Shown one piece after another: positions 8,902 to 16,591 of a DNA stretch of 32,000 nt. The notes below the pieces were generated by a model that was not told the DNA's origin, ran no database searches, and was given only the letters and a program-made list of their open reading frames with translations. Position numbers and translations under genes: made by a program. Position 1 is the first letter of the stretch. Each line of letters starts with the position of its first letter. This stretch comes from Vibrio cholerae ATCC 14035 (GTDB lineage: Bacteria > Pseudomonadota > Gammaproteobacteria > Enterobacterales > Vibrionaceae), in assembly GCF_000621645.1 (NCBI RefSeq), contig NZ_KK211323.1:154947-186946 (forward strand). The letters are read 5' to 3'.

Positions 8902-8924
8902 GGGCCGCATAAGCGGCTCTTTTT
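8902..8924 (+). terminator. Terminator-like hairpin inside the operon, immediately upstream of arsJ
   Basis: GGGCCGC-ATAA-GCGGCTC forms a 7-bp stem including one G-U (8902..8919). It is followed by TTTTT (8920..8924). It lies between the phosphatase stop (8892) and the arsJ RBS. Confidence 0.45.
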
Positions 8925-8936
8925 AAGAGAGTGTTT

Positions 8937-10166
8937 ATGTTGTCCCAACTGAATGCCCATGTTCGTCAGTACATGCTCGTGACGTTCAACTACTGGAATT
9001 TTACTCTGACTGATGGGGCGCTGCGTATGTTGGTAGTGCTCTATTTCTATGATTTAGGCTATTCCAGCTTAGCTATTGCCTCGCTATTTCTGTTCTATGA
9101 ATTTTTTGGTGTCGTGACCAACTTAATTGGCGGGTGGCTTGGGGCTCGGCTTGGGCTGAATCGCACCATGAACATCGGGCTTGGCTTGCAAATCATCGCA
9201 CTTTTGATGCTGGCAGTGCCAGCAAGCTGGCTGACCATTCCTTGGGTAATGGCCGCGCAAGCCCTGTCGGGCATCGCGAAAGATCTCAATAAGATGAGTG
9301 CCAAAAGCGCCATCAAAACCCTAGTGCCAGAAAATGCACAAGGCGCGTTGTTTAAGTGGATTGCGATCCTGACGGGGTCAAAGAATGCCTTAAAAGGTGC
9401 TGGATTTTTCTTGGGCGGAGCGTTGTTGTCTTTGATCGGTTTCCAGTACGCAGTGGCTGCCATGGCGGCTGTGTTGGTATTGGTTTTCATTGGCAGCGTA
9501 ATGAGTTTGAAATCCGATCTCGGCAAGGCCAAGAACAAGCCGAAGTTTTCCGATATTTTCTCTAAATCGGCGAGTGTGAACATCCTGTCGGCGGCACGGC
9601 TATTTCTGTTTGGCGCGCGCGATGTGTGGTTTGTCATCGCACTGCCTATCTATTTAGGCAGCGTGTTTGGTTGGGATCACAGTGCTGTGGGCGGTTTTCT
9701 GGCGCTTTGGGTGATTGGCTACGGCGTCATTCAAGGATTCGCGCCCAAAATCACAGGCAGCAAATCGGAGCATCCACCAGCAGGGCGAGCCGCTATTGGC
9801 TGGGCATTGGCACTGTCTTTGGTCACGGGGCTGATTGCTTACGGTGTGCAGATACAGTGGCACCCAGAAGTGGTGATCATCGGAGGACTCATGCTGTTTG
9901 GTGCGGTATTTGCGGTGAACTCTTCACTGCATTCATACCTGATTGTCAGCTACGCCAAAGATGATGGCGTATCGCTTGATGTCGGCTTCTACTACATGGC
10001 GAATGCGATGGGGCGCTTAATCAGCACGATATTATCCGGCTGGGTCTTCCAGCTTTGGGGGCTGGCAGCTTGTTTGTGGGTCTCTTTCGGATTTTTAGTG
10101 CTGACGACGCTGATCTCATTTTGGCTGCCGAATCGTGCGTATACGTCACAAGTGAATTTGAAATAA
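8937..10166 (+). CDS. arsJ: MFS transporter ArsJ (organoarsenical / 1-arseno-3-phosphoglycerate efflux permease)
   Basis: About 409 aa, 12 hydrophobic segments. N-terminus YMLVTFNYWNFTLTDGALRMLVVLYF is typical of the ArsJ family. Linked to arsR and GAPDH. I prefer ATG 8937 (GAGAG 5 nt upstream) over the track GTG at 8931. Confidence 0.85.
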   Translation: MLSQLNAHVRQYMLVTFNYWNFTLTDGALRMLVVLYFYDLGYSSLAIASLFLFYEFFGVVTNLIGGWLGARLGLNRTMNIGLGLQIIALLMLAVPASWLTIPWVMAAQALSGIAKDLNKMSAKSAIKTLVPENAQGALFKWIAILTGSKNALKGAGFFLGGALLSLIGFQYAVAAMAAVLVLVFIGSVMSLKSDLGKAKNKPKFSDIFSKSASVNILSAARLFLFGARDVWFVIALPIYLGSVFGWDHSAVGGFLALWVIGYGVIQGFAPKITGSKSEHPPAGRAAIGWALALSLVTGLIAYGVQIQWHPEVVIIGGLMLFGAVFAVNSSLHSYLIVSYAKDDGVSLDVGFYYMANAMGRLISTILSGWVFQLWGLAACLWVSFGFLVLTTLISFWLPNRAYTSQVNLK

Positions 10167-10684
10167 TGAGCTTGGTCGATTTTTTGTAGTCGATATGTAC
10201 CCCTAGTCAATAATTTACCAATCCGCTTTTACGGGAATGCACAGATAATTATTTATTGGAAATGTTTATTGGCGACTTTTTATTGTGTGGGGTTATTCTG
10301 ACTCTTGGGTTAATGACTTGGCGGCTATCTTTATAAAAACATGTTGTTTTTGTATATCAGTATTGTCTGATTTTTTATTTATGATCAAAAATAAAGTGAC
10401 TGACTTATTTGGCGTGAGTGATTATTGACCTGAAATGTAATTAAGTGTGACTGAAATTTGTATTGATTAAGGTTTTGTGCATTGAATTTAAAGGGTTGGC
10501 ATTGATCTTGTGCCTATTTTGTTGTTTGGGTATTTATCTTAATTATGGTTCTTTCTAGCGAGCGATAATTTTATTGAACCGTGATCTCAATGATTTTATG
10601 AATTATTTCTTTCTGATTATTTTCAAGTTCTCAATGAGTTTGTTTAAAATTATGAAAGTGTCGTTACATTTGCTTACATCCGTT

Positions 10685-10717
10685 TGAAACAGACTGAAAC
10701 AGTTTCTTTTCTATAAT
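10685..10717 (+). promoter_or_regulatory. Candidate activator-dependent promoter of the chitinase gene
   Basis: Perfect TATAAT at 10712..10717 with no acceptable -35. The -35 zone is occupied by the direct repeat TGAAACAG-AC-TGAAACAG (10685..10702). Confidence 0.35.
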
Positions 10718-10756
10718 GAGACATAAATTTTGTTCAATAAAATAAGTCTCGAAATA

Positions 10757-11701
10757 ATGAAAAGATCAGCATTAACTTTAATGCCGACCGTTCTTGCATT
10801 AGCAGTGGGAATGGCGATGCCTGCAGTGCAGGCGGCAATCAATAGTGACGCTTCTGTGGTTGGTACGGAAAGCCAGTGGTGGAATACCTACAAAGTGACG
10901 CTCACTAACAACGGCAATCAGCCAGTTGAACTGCGTGATGCGAGCATTGCGTTTGATACCAACCTTTCACTTTCAACACCTTCTTGGTCAGCACAAGGCA
11001 TTTCTTACCCAAGCATGAGCTTTAGCAGCAATGCGCAAGGTTCAGTGTTTAGCAATCGCTTAACTCTGAGCTTTGATCAAGGCAGTTGGGTAAAAACGCA
11101 ACTGCTACCGGGGGCAAGCATTGATCTTACCTTAGGTGTCAGTGGTGTGCTCGAGCTGAGCCTGCTGCAAAGCACGATCGCTCTGGAAACCGATGGTGAA
11201 GTGGAGCCGGGCGAACCAGAAATTTCGCTAGAGCTGGCTTCACCCGTTCAAGGTGCAGAGTTCATTGAAGGCCAGACCGTTGCGATTGTGGCTAACGTTA
11301 CTGCAACCAACACAACAGTAAAAACTGTCACGTTCTTGGTGGATGGTGAGCAGATTGCGTTGCTTGAGCAAGCGCCATTTCAAGCTAGCTGGACTGCGGC
11401 TGGTGAGGGGGCTCACTCCATCAAAGCCATCGTGGAAGATGCTTCTGGTTTGCTGAAAGAGCAAGCGGTACGTATTACCGTCAAAGCCGAAGAAATTGAT
11501 CCACCGGTTGAGCCAGAAGTACCCGTTGCACCTGTGATTGAGTTGACCAATCCACGTAACGGACAAAGCGTATTCTTGGGCAAAGTCACCACACTGGCTG
11601 CGAATGCGACAGACGAAAATAATGATCTCACCGCAGTTGAGTTTTTGGTGAATGGCGAATCGATTGGCCGTGTTACTCAGGCTCCATATCAACTGGCTTA
11701 G
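10757..11701 (+). CDS. 5' fragment ORF: signal peptide + CBM-like domain + Ig-like repeats of the chitinase
   Basis: MKRSALTLMPTVLALAVGMAMPAVQAA signal peptide from ATG 10757 (track TTG 10730 is an alternative). A W/Y-rich beta-sandwich-like module follows (SQWWNTYKVTLTNNGNQPVELRD). Then repeated LVDGEQIALLEQAPFQASW-type Ig-like units. Confidence 0.7.
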   Translation: MKRSALTLMPTVLALAVGMAMPAVQAAINSDASVVGTESQWWNTYKVTLTNNGNQPVELRDASIAFDTNLSLSTPSWSAQGISYPSMSFSSNAQGSVFSNRLTLSFDQGSWVKTQLLPGASIDLTLGVSGVLELSLLQSTIALETDGEVEPGEPEISLELASPVQGAEFIEGQTVAIVANVTATNTTVKTVTFLVDGEQIALLEQAPFQASWTAAGEGAHSIKAIVEDASGLLKEQAVRITVKAEEIDPPVEPEVPVAPVIELTNPRNGQSVFLGKVTTLAANATDENNDLTAVEFLVNGESIGRVTQAPYQLA

Positions 11702-11713
11702 ACTCCGGTAGCT

Positions 11714-13996
11714 TTGGGTCAATACACCATCGAAGCGATCGCTTACGATGCAGCAGGTCATCAAACGCAAACCCCAATGGTGACAGTGAACGCCAAAGAA
11801 ATGGGCACGGGCAACCTAAGTTGTGACATCAAACAGATCTATCGTGAAGATGGCACTGAGTGTATGGGTGACGATCACCCGCGCCGTATCATCGGTTATT
11901 ACACCTCATGGCGTACTGGTAAAAACGGTCTGCCAGCGTACCTCGCCGGCGATCTGCCTTGGGAAAAACTGACCCACATTAACTACGCGTTCGCCAGCAT
12001 CAACAAGTCTGACTTCAGCATGCAAGTGGATGATTCCGCGACCAAGATGACGTGGGAAAATGTACCGGGTGCCGAGATGGATCCTTCACTGCCATACCAA
12101 GGTCACTTCAACCTGCTGAGCAAGTTTAAGAAACAGTACCCCGATGTGAAAACGCTGATTTCTGTCGGTGGTTGGGCGGAAACCGGTGGTTTCTATCCAA
12201 TGACGACCGATCTGGCTTCTTGTTCAGTGAACATGGAAGGCATCAAGGCGTTCAACAAATCGGCGGTCGATTTCATCCGTCAATACGATTTTGATGGCGT
12301 GGATATCGACTACGAATACCCATCATCAATGAAAGATTCCGGTAATCCGGTCGATTTCGAGCAGTCGAACAAGTGTCGTGGCCAGTTGTGGGATAACTAC
12401 ATGGTGATGATGACCGAACTGCGCAAAGCGCTGGATAAAGCGGGCGAAGAAGATGGCCGTCGTTATATGCTGACTATCGCGTCACCTTCATCAGCTTACC
12501 TGCTGCGTGGTATGCAAGACTTCGCGATGCAAGATGTACTGGATTACGTCAACATCATGTCTTACGACCTGCATGGTACGTGGAACGAGTTTGTCGGCCC
12601 ACAAGCCGCACTGTTTGATGATGGTAAAGATGCTGAGCTGGCCAAATGGGGCGTGTACACGACTGCAGAATATCAAGGCATTGGCTACTTAAACCAAGCG
12701 TGGACGCACCACTTCTTCCGTGGCGCCTTTAAACCAAGCCAAATCAACATGGGGATTCCTTACTACACCCGTGGCTGGCAAGGCGTGAGCGGCGGCGATA
12801 AAGGTCTATGGGGTCGTGCGGTTGAGCCAAACCAATCGTCATGTCCAGAAGGCACCACTGTTTGTGGTTGGGGCGCGGAAGGTACCGATAACATCTGGCA
12901 TGATGTGGATGCCAACGGTAACGAAATCAAAGCCGGTGTGGTACCCATGTGGCACGCGATGAACCTGATGCACGCTGAAAAATTGGGTATTGACGGTATG
13001 CCAAGTTACGGCCCAGCGTGGGGTATGGATCCAAACAACCCGAAACACCTGATTGAAGGCAAATACGAGCGTGTGTGGAGTCAAGAGCTGCAAACGGCAT
13101 GGCTTTGGAACGACACCAAAAAAGTATTCCTGAGCATTGAAGATAAAGACTCACTGAAGCCAAAACTGGATTACATCGTCGATAACGGTTTAGGCGGCAT
13201 GATGATTTGGGAGATGGCGGGTGACTACTCGTATGATGCGGTGAAACGCGAATACGTGATCGGTTCTGACATGACTTCTTATGCCCATGAAGTGTTTGCC
13301 GCGGCGAAGCCGATGGATATTCGTCATAACGATCTGCCACAACCAGACTCGGTGATTGACGTTACGGTATCGACCACAGAATGGCCAGAAGGCGATAGCA
13401 ACTACCCAATCAACCCGAAATTGGTGTTTACCAACCACTCAAATGTGGCGATTCCGGGTGGTTCTACGATTGAGTTCCTGATGCCAACGTCAACCGGTGA
13501 TATCGTCAAAGATTGGAGCGGTGCTGGTCTGAAAGTGATTGAAAGCGGTCATACCGGCAGCAACTTCTCGGTGAATGGTGAGAAGAAACTGTTCCACAAA
13601 GTGGCCGTGACACTGCGCTCAACCGAAACGATCCCTGCGGGCGGTGAGTACAGCGTCGATATGGTGTACTACACCCCAGTCTCTGGCGTGGCTAACGGCG
13701 TGCGCTTTATCGTGGGTAACGAAACGGTCGGCTTGAAGAAAGACTTCCCAACATTGCCAGCGTTTGAAGGTGCCACCGATGGCGGCAATGGGAACGAAGG
13801 CGGTGCGGGTCAATCTTGTGCCGATGCCGGCATCAACCCTAATGGCTTGAAAGTGTACCCAGAGTTTCCACGTGGCGACCACGCGGCAGGCGGTGACCAA
13901 CTGATCCACAATGGTTCTGTATGGCAAGCCAACTGGTGGACGAACAGTACACCATCCAGCGCCGATGCATCATGGAAAGCGGTGTGCAAAATCTAA
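11714..13996 (+). CDS. 3' fragment ORF: GH18 catalytic domain + C-terminal CBM5/12 chitin-binding domain (no signal peptide of its own)
   Basis: GH18 motif DFDGVDIDYEYP at 12287..12316. C-terminal GSVWQANWWTNSTPSS chitin-binding motif. The start is uncertain: TTG 11714, ATG 11777 or ATG 11801, none with a convincing RBS. Confidence 0.7.
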   Translation: MGQYTIEAIAYDAAGHQTQTPMVTVNAKEMGTGNLSCDIKQIYREDGTECMGDDHPRRIIGYYTSWRTGKNGLPAYLAGDLPWEKLTHINYAFASINKSDFSMQVDDSATKMTWENVPGAEMDPSLPYQGHFNLLSKFKKQYPDVKTLISVGGWAETGGFYPMTTDLASCSVNMEGIKAFNKSAVDFIRQYDFDGVDIDYEYPSSMKDSGNPVDFEQSNKCRGQLWDNYMVMMTELRKALDKAGEEDGRRYMLTIASPSSAYLLRGMQDFAMQDVLDYVNIMSYDLHGTWNEFVGPQAALFDDGKDAELAKWGVYTTAEYQGIGYLNQAWTHHFFRGAFKPSQINMGIPYYTRGWQGVSGGDKGLWGRAVEPNQSSCPEGTTVCGWGAEGTDNIWHDVDANGNEIKAGVVPMWHAMNLMHAEKLGIDGMPSYGPAWGMDPNNPKHLIEGKYERVWSQELQTAWLWNDTKKVFLSIEDKDSLKPKLDYIVDNGLGGMMIWEMAGDYSYDAVKREYVIGSDMTSYAHEVFAAAKPMDIRHNDLPQPDSVIDVTVSTTEWPEGDSNYPINPKLVFTNHSNVAIPGGSTIEFLMPTSTGDIVKDWSGAGLKVIESGHTGSNFSVNGEKKLFHKVAVTLRSTETIPAGGEYSVDMVYYTPVSGVANGVRFIVGNETVGLKKDFPTLPAFEGATDGGNGNEGGAGQSCADAGINPNGLKVYPEFPRGDHAAGGDQLIHNGSVWQANWWTNSTPSSADASWKAVCKI

Positions 13997-14019
13997 GTTA
14001 ACTACCGTTCATGAAACAT

Positions 14020-14048
14020 AAGCCCAGCCATTTGGCTGGGCTTTTCTA
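14020..14048. terminator. Bidirectional rho-independent terminator between chitinase and CPBP genes
   Basis: AAGCCCAGCC-ATTT-GGCTGGGCTT is a perfect 10-bp stem (14020..14043). It is followed by TTCT and preceded by A-rich sequence. Confidence 0.8.
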
Positions 14049-14085
14049 TGCTTGGAAAAAGGGATAAGAAAAATGGAAAAGGCGT

Positions 14086-14916
14086 TTAACGCGCCAGCAT
14101 GGGATAGGTGAAAAACAGCAAGTGAGCGAAGTTAAATAAGAAATGCACGCCAACACTGACCCAAAGACGCCCGGTAAAATGGAACACCAAACCATAGCCA
14201 AGCCCCGCAAGGGCGGCGAAGATCATTAGTAATGGACCACCCGCAAAATGGGCCATACCAAACAGCGCACTGGCGATCAAAAGTCCGGCAATGGCGCCAA
14301 ACTGCTGCTGAGCTTTTTGCTGAATCAAACCACGAAATAGCGCTTCTTCTGCCACACAAGTAAATAGCAAATTGTTGAGGGCAAAAATCCACCACCACTC
14401 CGGTAGTGACCATTCAAATGCCAGCGCGCCTAACCAAACCGCGATCGGCAAGAGAGCAAATAAAGGCACTAAGGTCAGCAGTGTGGCCTTGATGTTCGCA
14501 GTTTTAGACTGACCCAGTAGTGCTGGAAACGCGAGTAACAGAGCAAAAAACACCAGCGGTTTATCTAAATTCAGATAAAGGCTGAAAGGGGTACTGTGCG
14601 CACTGGCGATCACTTTATCCAGCACTTTGAGGTTAGAAAAACCGGGTAGCCAATGGAGAAATAGCGCTAAACACCACAGCAGCAAAGCAACCCAAGCGGT
14701 CGTGCGCCAGTGTGATTGACCATTCGCAGCCAGATACGCCAGGGCAAAACCAACACAGATGATTCCAGCGCCAACGAAGGTGAGGTAACCACTTCCTAAT
14801 GCACTGAGCAGAGTGATGATCAGTAGTCCCCAACTAACGCGGTGATAACGAGCGAAGCCCGCCATGATCGCTAAGGCCAGCGGTAGCCAAAGCAAAGCGG
14901 ATGCAGAAAGTAACAT
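14086..14916 (-). CDS. CPBP-family (CAAX/Abi) intramembrane glutamic endopeptidase
   Basis: 276 aa polytopic protein. Motif 1 is EEALFRG. Motif 2 is FGMAHF. A third conserved His is in HFLFNF. Confidence 0.85.
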   Translation of the reverse strand: MLLSASALLWLPLALAIMAGFARYHRVSWGLLIITLLSALGSGYLTFVGAGIICVGFALAYLAANGQSHWRTTAWVALLLWCLALFLHWLPGFSNLKVLDKVIASAHSTPFSLYLNLDKPLVFFALLLAFPALLGQSKTANIKATLLTLVPLFALLPIAVWLGALAFEWSLPEWWWIFALNNLLFTCVAEEALFRGLIQQKAQQQFGAIAGLLIASALFGMAHFAGGPLLMIFAALAGLGYGLVFHFTGRLWVSVGVHFLFNFAHLLFFTYPMLAR

Positions 14917-15069
14917 ATTGATATCCTATTTATTTCCTCTTGCTTCAAGAGCTTGAGGTATTTAAGGCAGGGATAATGACGTGCTAAGCGAGCAAGGACA
15001 AGCCACGAAGTCAGGCTTTCTTACTGGTTAAACCTGTTGAACAGCTATACCGTGAGCCTTTTTTGCACG

Positions 15070-15136
15070 TTGACAGTGATTGAATGTAACGATAAAACTC
15101 AAAAGTAACGAATCTTGAGTGTTTTTTGAGTTTTAT
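15070..15136 (+). promoter_or_regulatory. Candidate promoter plus 13-bp perfect inverted repeat (operator or leader structure) upstream of the PEBP-AraC pair
   Basis: TTGACA (15070..15075), 17-nt spacer, TAAAAC (15093..15098). ATAAAACTCAAAA (15092..15104) is the exact reverse complement of TTTTGAGTTTTAT (15124..15136). A competing inner pairing is ACTCAA (15097..15102) with TTGAGT (15115..15120). Confidence 0.35.
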
Positions 15137-15199
15137 TGTTGCTTATTGAGTGATTGAAGAAGGTAAATTATTCACGTCAACTTAACGAGGAGAATCTCA

Positions 15200-15742
15200 A
15201 TGAAAGCACGTCATCTTTTACCTGTACTCGCCGCCGCGATCACTTTTCCTGCGCTGAGCAGCCCTGTCATGACGCTCACTAGCCAAGACATTCAAGAAGG
15301 TTCACGAATGGCGAAGCATTTTGTGTTTAATGGTTTTGGTTGTAGCGGTGATAATTTGTCGCCACAACTGAGCTGGAACAATGCCCCGAAAGGCACCAAA
15401 AGTTTTGCCATTACCGCTTATGACCCCGATGCACCGACTGGCAGTGGTTGGTGGCACTGGGTAGCACTGGATATCGCGGCGGATCAACATAATGTGGCGC
15501 GTGGCGCAGCTAAGCAACTTAAAGGCGTACGTGAACTGAACAACGATTACGGCTTTAGCGGCTTTGGTGGTGCGTGCCCTCCACAAGGTCACGGTATGCA
15601 CCGTTATCAATTTACGGTTTGGGCACTCCCGTTTGAAAAAATGGAGATCCCACAAGGGGCTTCTAATGCTTTAGTGGGTTTTATGCTGCGCGCTAATGCG
15701 CTTGAGCAGGCCACGCTAACCGCAACCTATGTGAATGAATAA
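15200..15742 (+). CDS. Periplasmic YbhB/YbcL-family PEBP (Raf-kinase-inhibitor-like) protein
   Basis: Signal peptide MKARHLLPVLAAAITFPALS. PEBP motifs DPDAPTGSGWWHW and GHGMHRYQFTVWAL. Confidence 0.88.
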   Translation: MKARHLLPVLAAAITFPALSSPVMTLTSQDIQEGSRMAKHFVFNGFGCSGDNLSPQLSWNNAPKGTKSFAITAYDPDAPTGSGWWHWVALDIAADQHNVARGAAKQLKGVRELNNDYGFSGFGGACPPQGHGMHRYQFTVWALPFEKMEIPQGASNALVGFMLRANALEQATLTATYVNE

Positions 15743-15754
15743 TAAGGAAGAGAA

Positions 15755-16543
15755 ATGAGCAAAGTGATCGTGCAGACTGGGCAGTTTAAAGGTTTGCGTA
15801 AACAGCCTCTGCATAATGTCTTGATCTATGCGCCCACCATTATTTGGGTAACACATGGAAATAAACAGCTCTGGTGGCATGACACGACGCTCAATTTTCA
15901 TTCTGCTGATTGGCTGATGTTGCCAGCCAATCAGTATCTTACCTTTGTGAATGTACCGCAGCAGGCGCAGTTTTATTCACGCACCTTGACCTTACATGAA
16001 GCGCCACCTGTAGAGTGGATAACTCAATCAAGTCAATATGAGCGAAATGAACAACCTAGAGTGAGAGTGACGGCTGAGCTGGCCTACTGTTTTGAGCTGC
16101 TTTACGAGATGAACCAACAATCGCTCAGTGAAGAGACACAGCGCCAGTTTGTGCTGGGTTTTTACGCGCAGCTGCGGGATGAGAAAGCGCTACATCTCCT
16201 ATTTCCAAGCGATAATGCCTCAATGCGAGAGCGTTTAGCGCGTTATTTAAGTGTTAATCCCGGTGATGAACACAATATTGAAACGGTTTCGGCGCATTTT
16301 GCGATGAGTCGAGCGACCTTGGCTCGACATTTGGCAGCGGAAGGTACGGGTTTTCGAGAAGTGCTCAGTGAAGTGCGGATGAACTACGCGCTTGCGCTGC
16401 TACAAGAGCTACGTCCTTTGATGGAGGTCGCGGTGGCTTGTGGGTATCAATCATTGACTCGATTTTCGGCGCGCTTTAAGCAGCAGTATCGGCTTACGCC
16501 TTATCAGTATTTACAAACCATTACGGATAAGCCGGAAAAATAA
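15755..16543 (+). CDS. AraC/XylS-family transcriptional regulator
   Basis: 262 aa. C-terminal double HTH (IETVSAHFAMSRATLARHLAAEGTGFREVLSEVRMNYALALLQ...GYQSLTRFSARFKQQYRLTPYQY). 12-nt gap after the PEBP gene. Confidence 0.88.
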   Translation: MSKVIVQTGQFKGLRKQPLHNVLIYAPTIIWVTHGNKQLWWHDTTLNFHSADWLMLPANQYLTFVNVPQQAQFYSRTLTLHEAPPVEWITQSSQYERNEQPRVRVTAELAYCFELLYEMNQQSLSEETQRQFVLGFYAQLRDEKALHLLFPSDNASMRERLARYLSVNPGDEHNIETVSAHFAMSRATLARHLAAEGTGFREVLSEVRMNYALALLQELRPLMEVAVACGYQSLTRFSARFKQQYRLTPYQYLQTITDKPEK

Positions 16544-16545
16544 AA

Positions 16546-16566
16546 AGAGCCACCTTAGGTGGCTCT
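16546..16566. terminator. Bidirectional terminator between AraC gene and convergent membrane-protein gene
   Basis: AGAGCCACC-TTA-GGTGGCTCT is a perfect 9-bp stem. It is preceded by AAAAA and followed by TT. Confidence 0.7.
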
Positions 16567-16591
16567 TGAACTATGGATTGGATTACCGAGA

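Larger units (their letters stand above)
10757..13996 (+). pseudogene. Multidomain secreted GH18 chitinase interrupted by a single in-frame amber codon
   Basis: Track ORFs 10730..11701 and 11714..13996 are in the same frame. The only interruption is TAG at 11699..11701, at the position where the preceding Ig-like repeat has Trp (QAPFQASWTAAGEG versus QAPYQLA*TPVALGQ). This is a TGG to TAG change. Confidence 0.75.

Noticed and set aside
7364-10210. Antisense ORFs within the arsenate operon (for example 7364..7765, 7787..8152, 9095..9637 on the minus strand; 8546..8830 and 9626..9964 off-frame on the plus strand)
   Set aside because: All are nested in genes with strong family motifs (GAPDH, phosphatase, ArsJ). 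They have Arg/Cys/Ser-rich low-complexity translations and no RBS.
10167-10756. Possible riboswitch (for example a c-di-GMP GEMM element) in the long chitinase leader
   Set aside because: I could not recognise any conserved riboswitch core motifs or a convincing multi-helix fold by eye. It is retained only as a generic AT-rich regulatory region.
11240-11770. 176-aa minus-strand ORF spanning the amber-codon junction of the chitinase
   Set aside because: It is tempting as an explanation for the split gene. However, its translation has no domain features, whereas the plus-strand frame is continuous and repeat-homologous across the stop. It is a shadow ORF.
6523-14085. Idea that the arsenate operon plus chitinase form a genomic island integrated at ffs
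   Set aside because: I found no integrase or transposase, and no direct repeat of the ffs 3' end downstream when scanning by eye. Coding-region composition looks similar to the flanks. The idea is unsupported.
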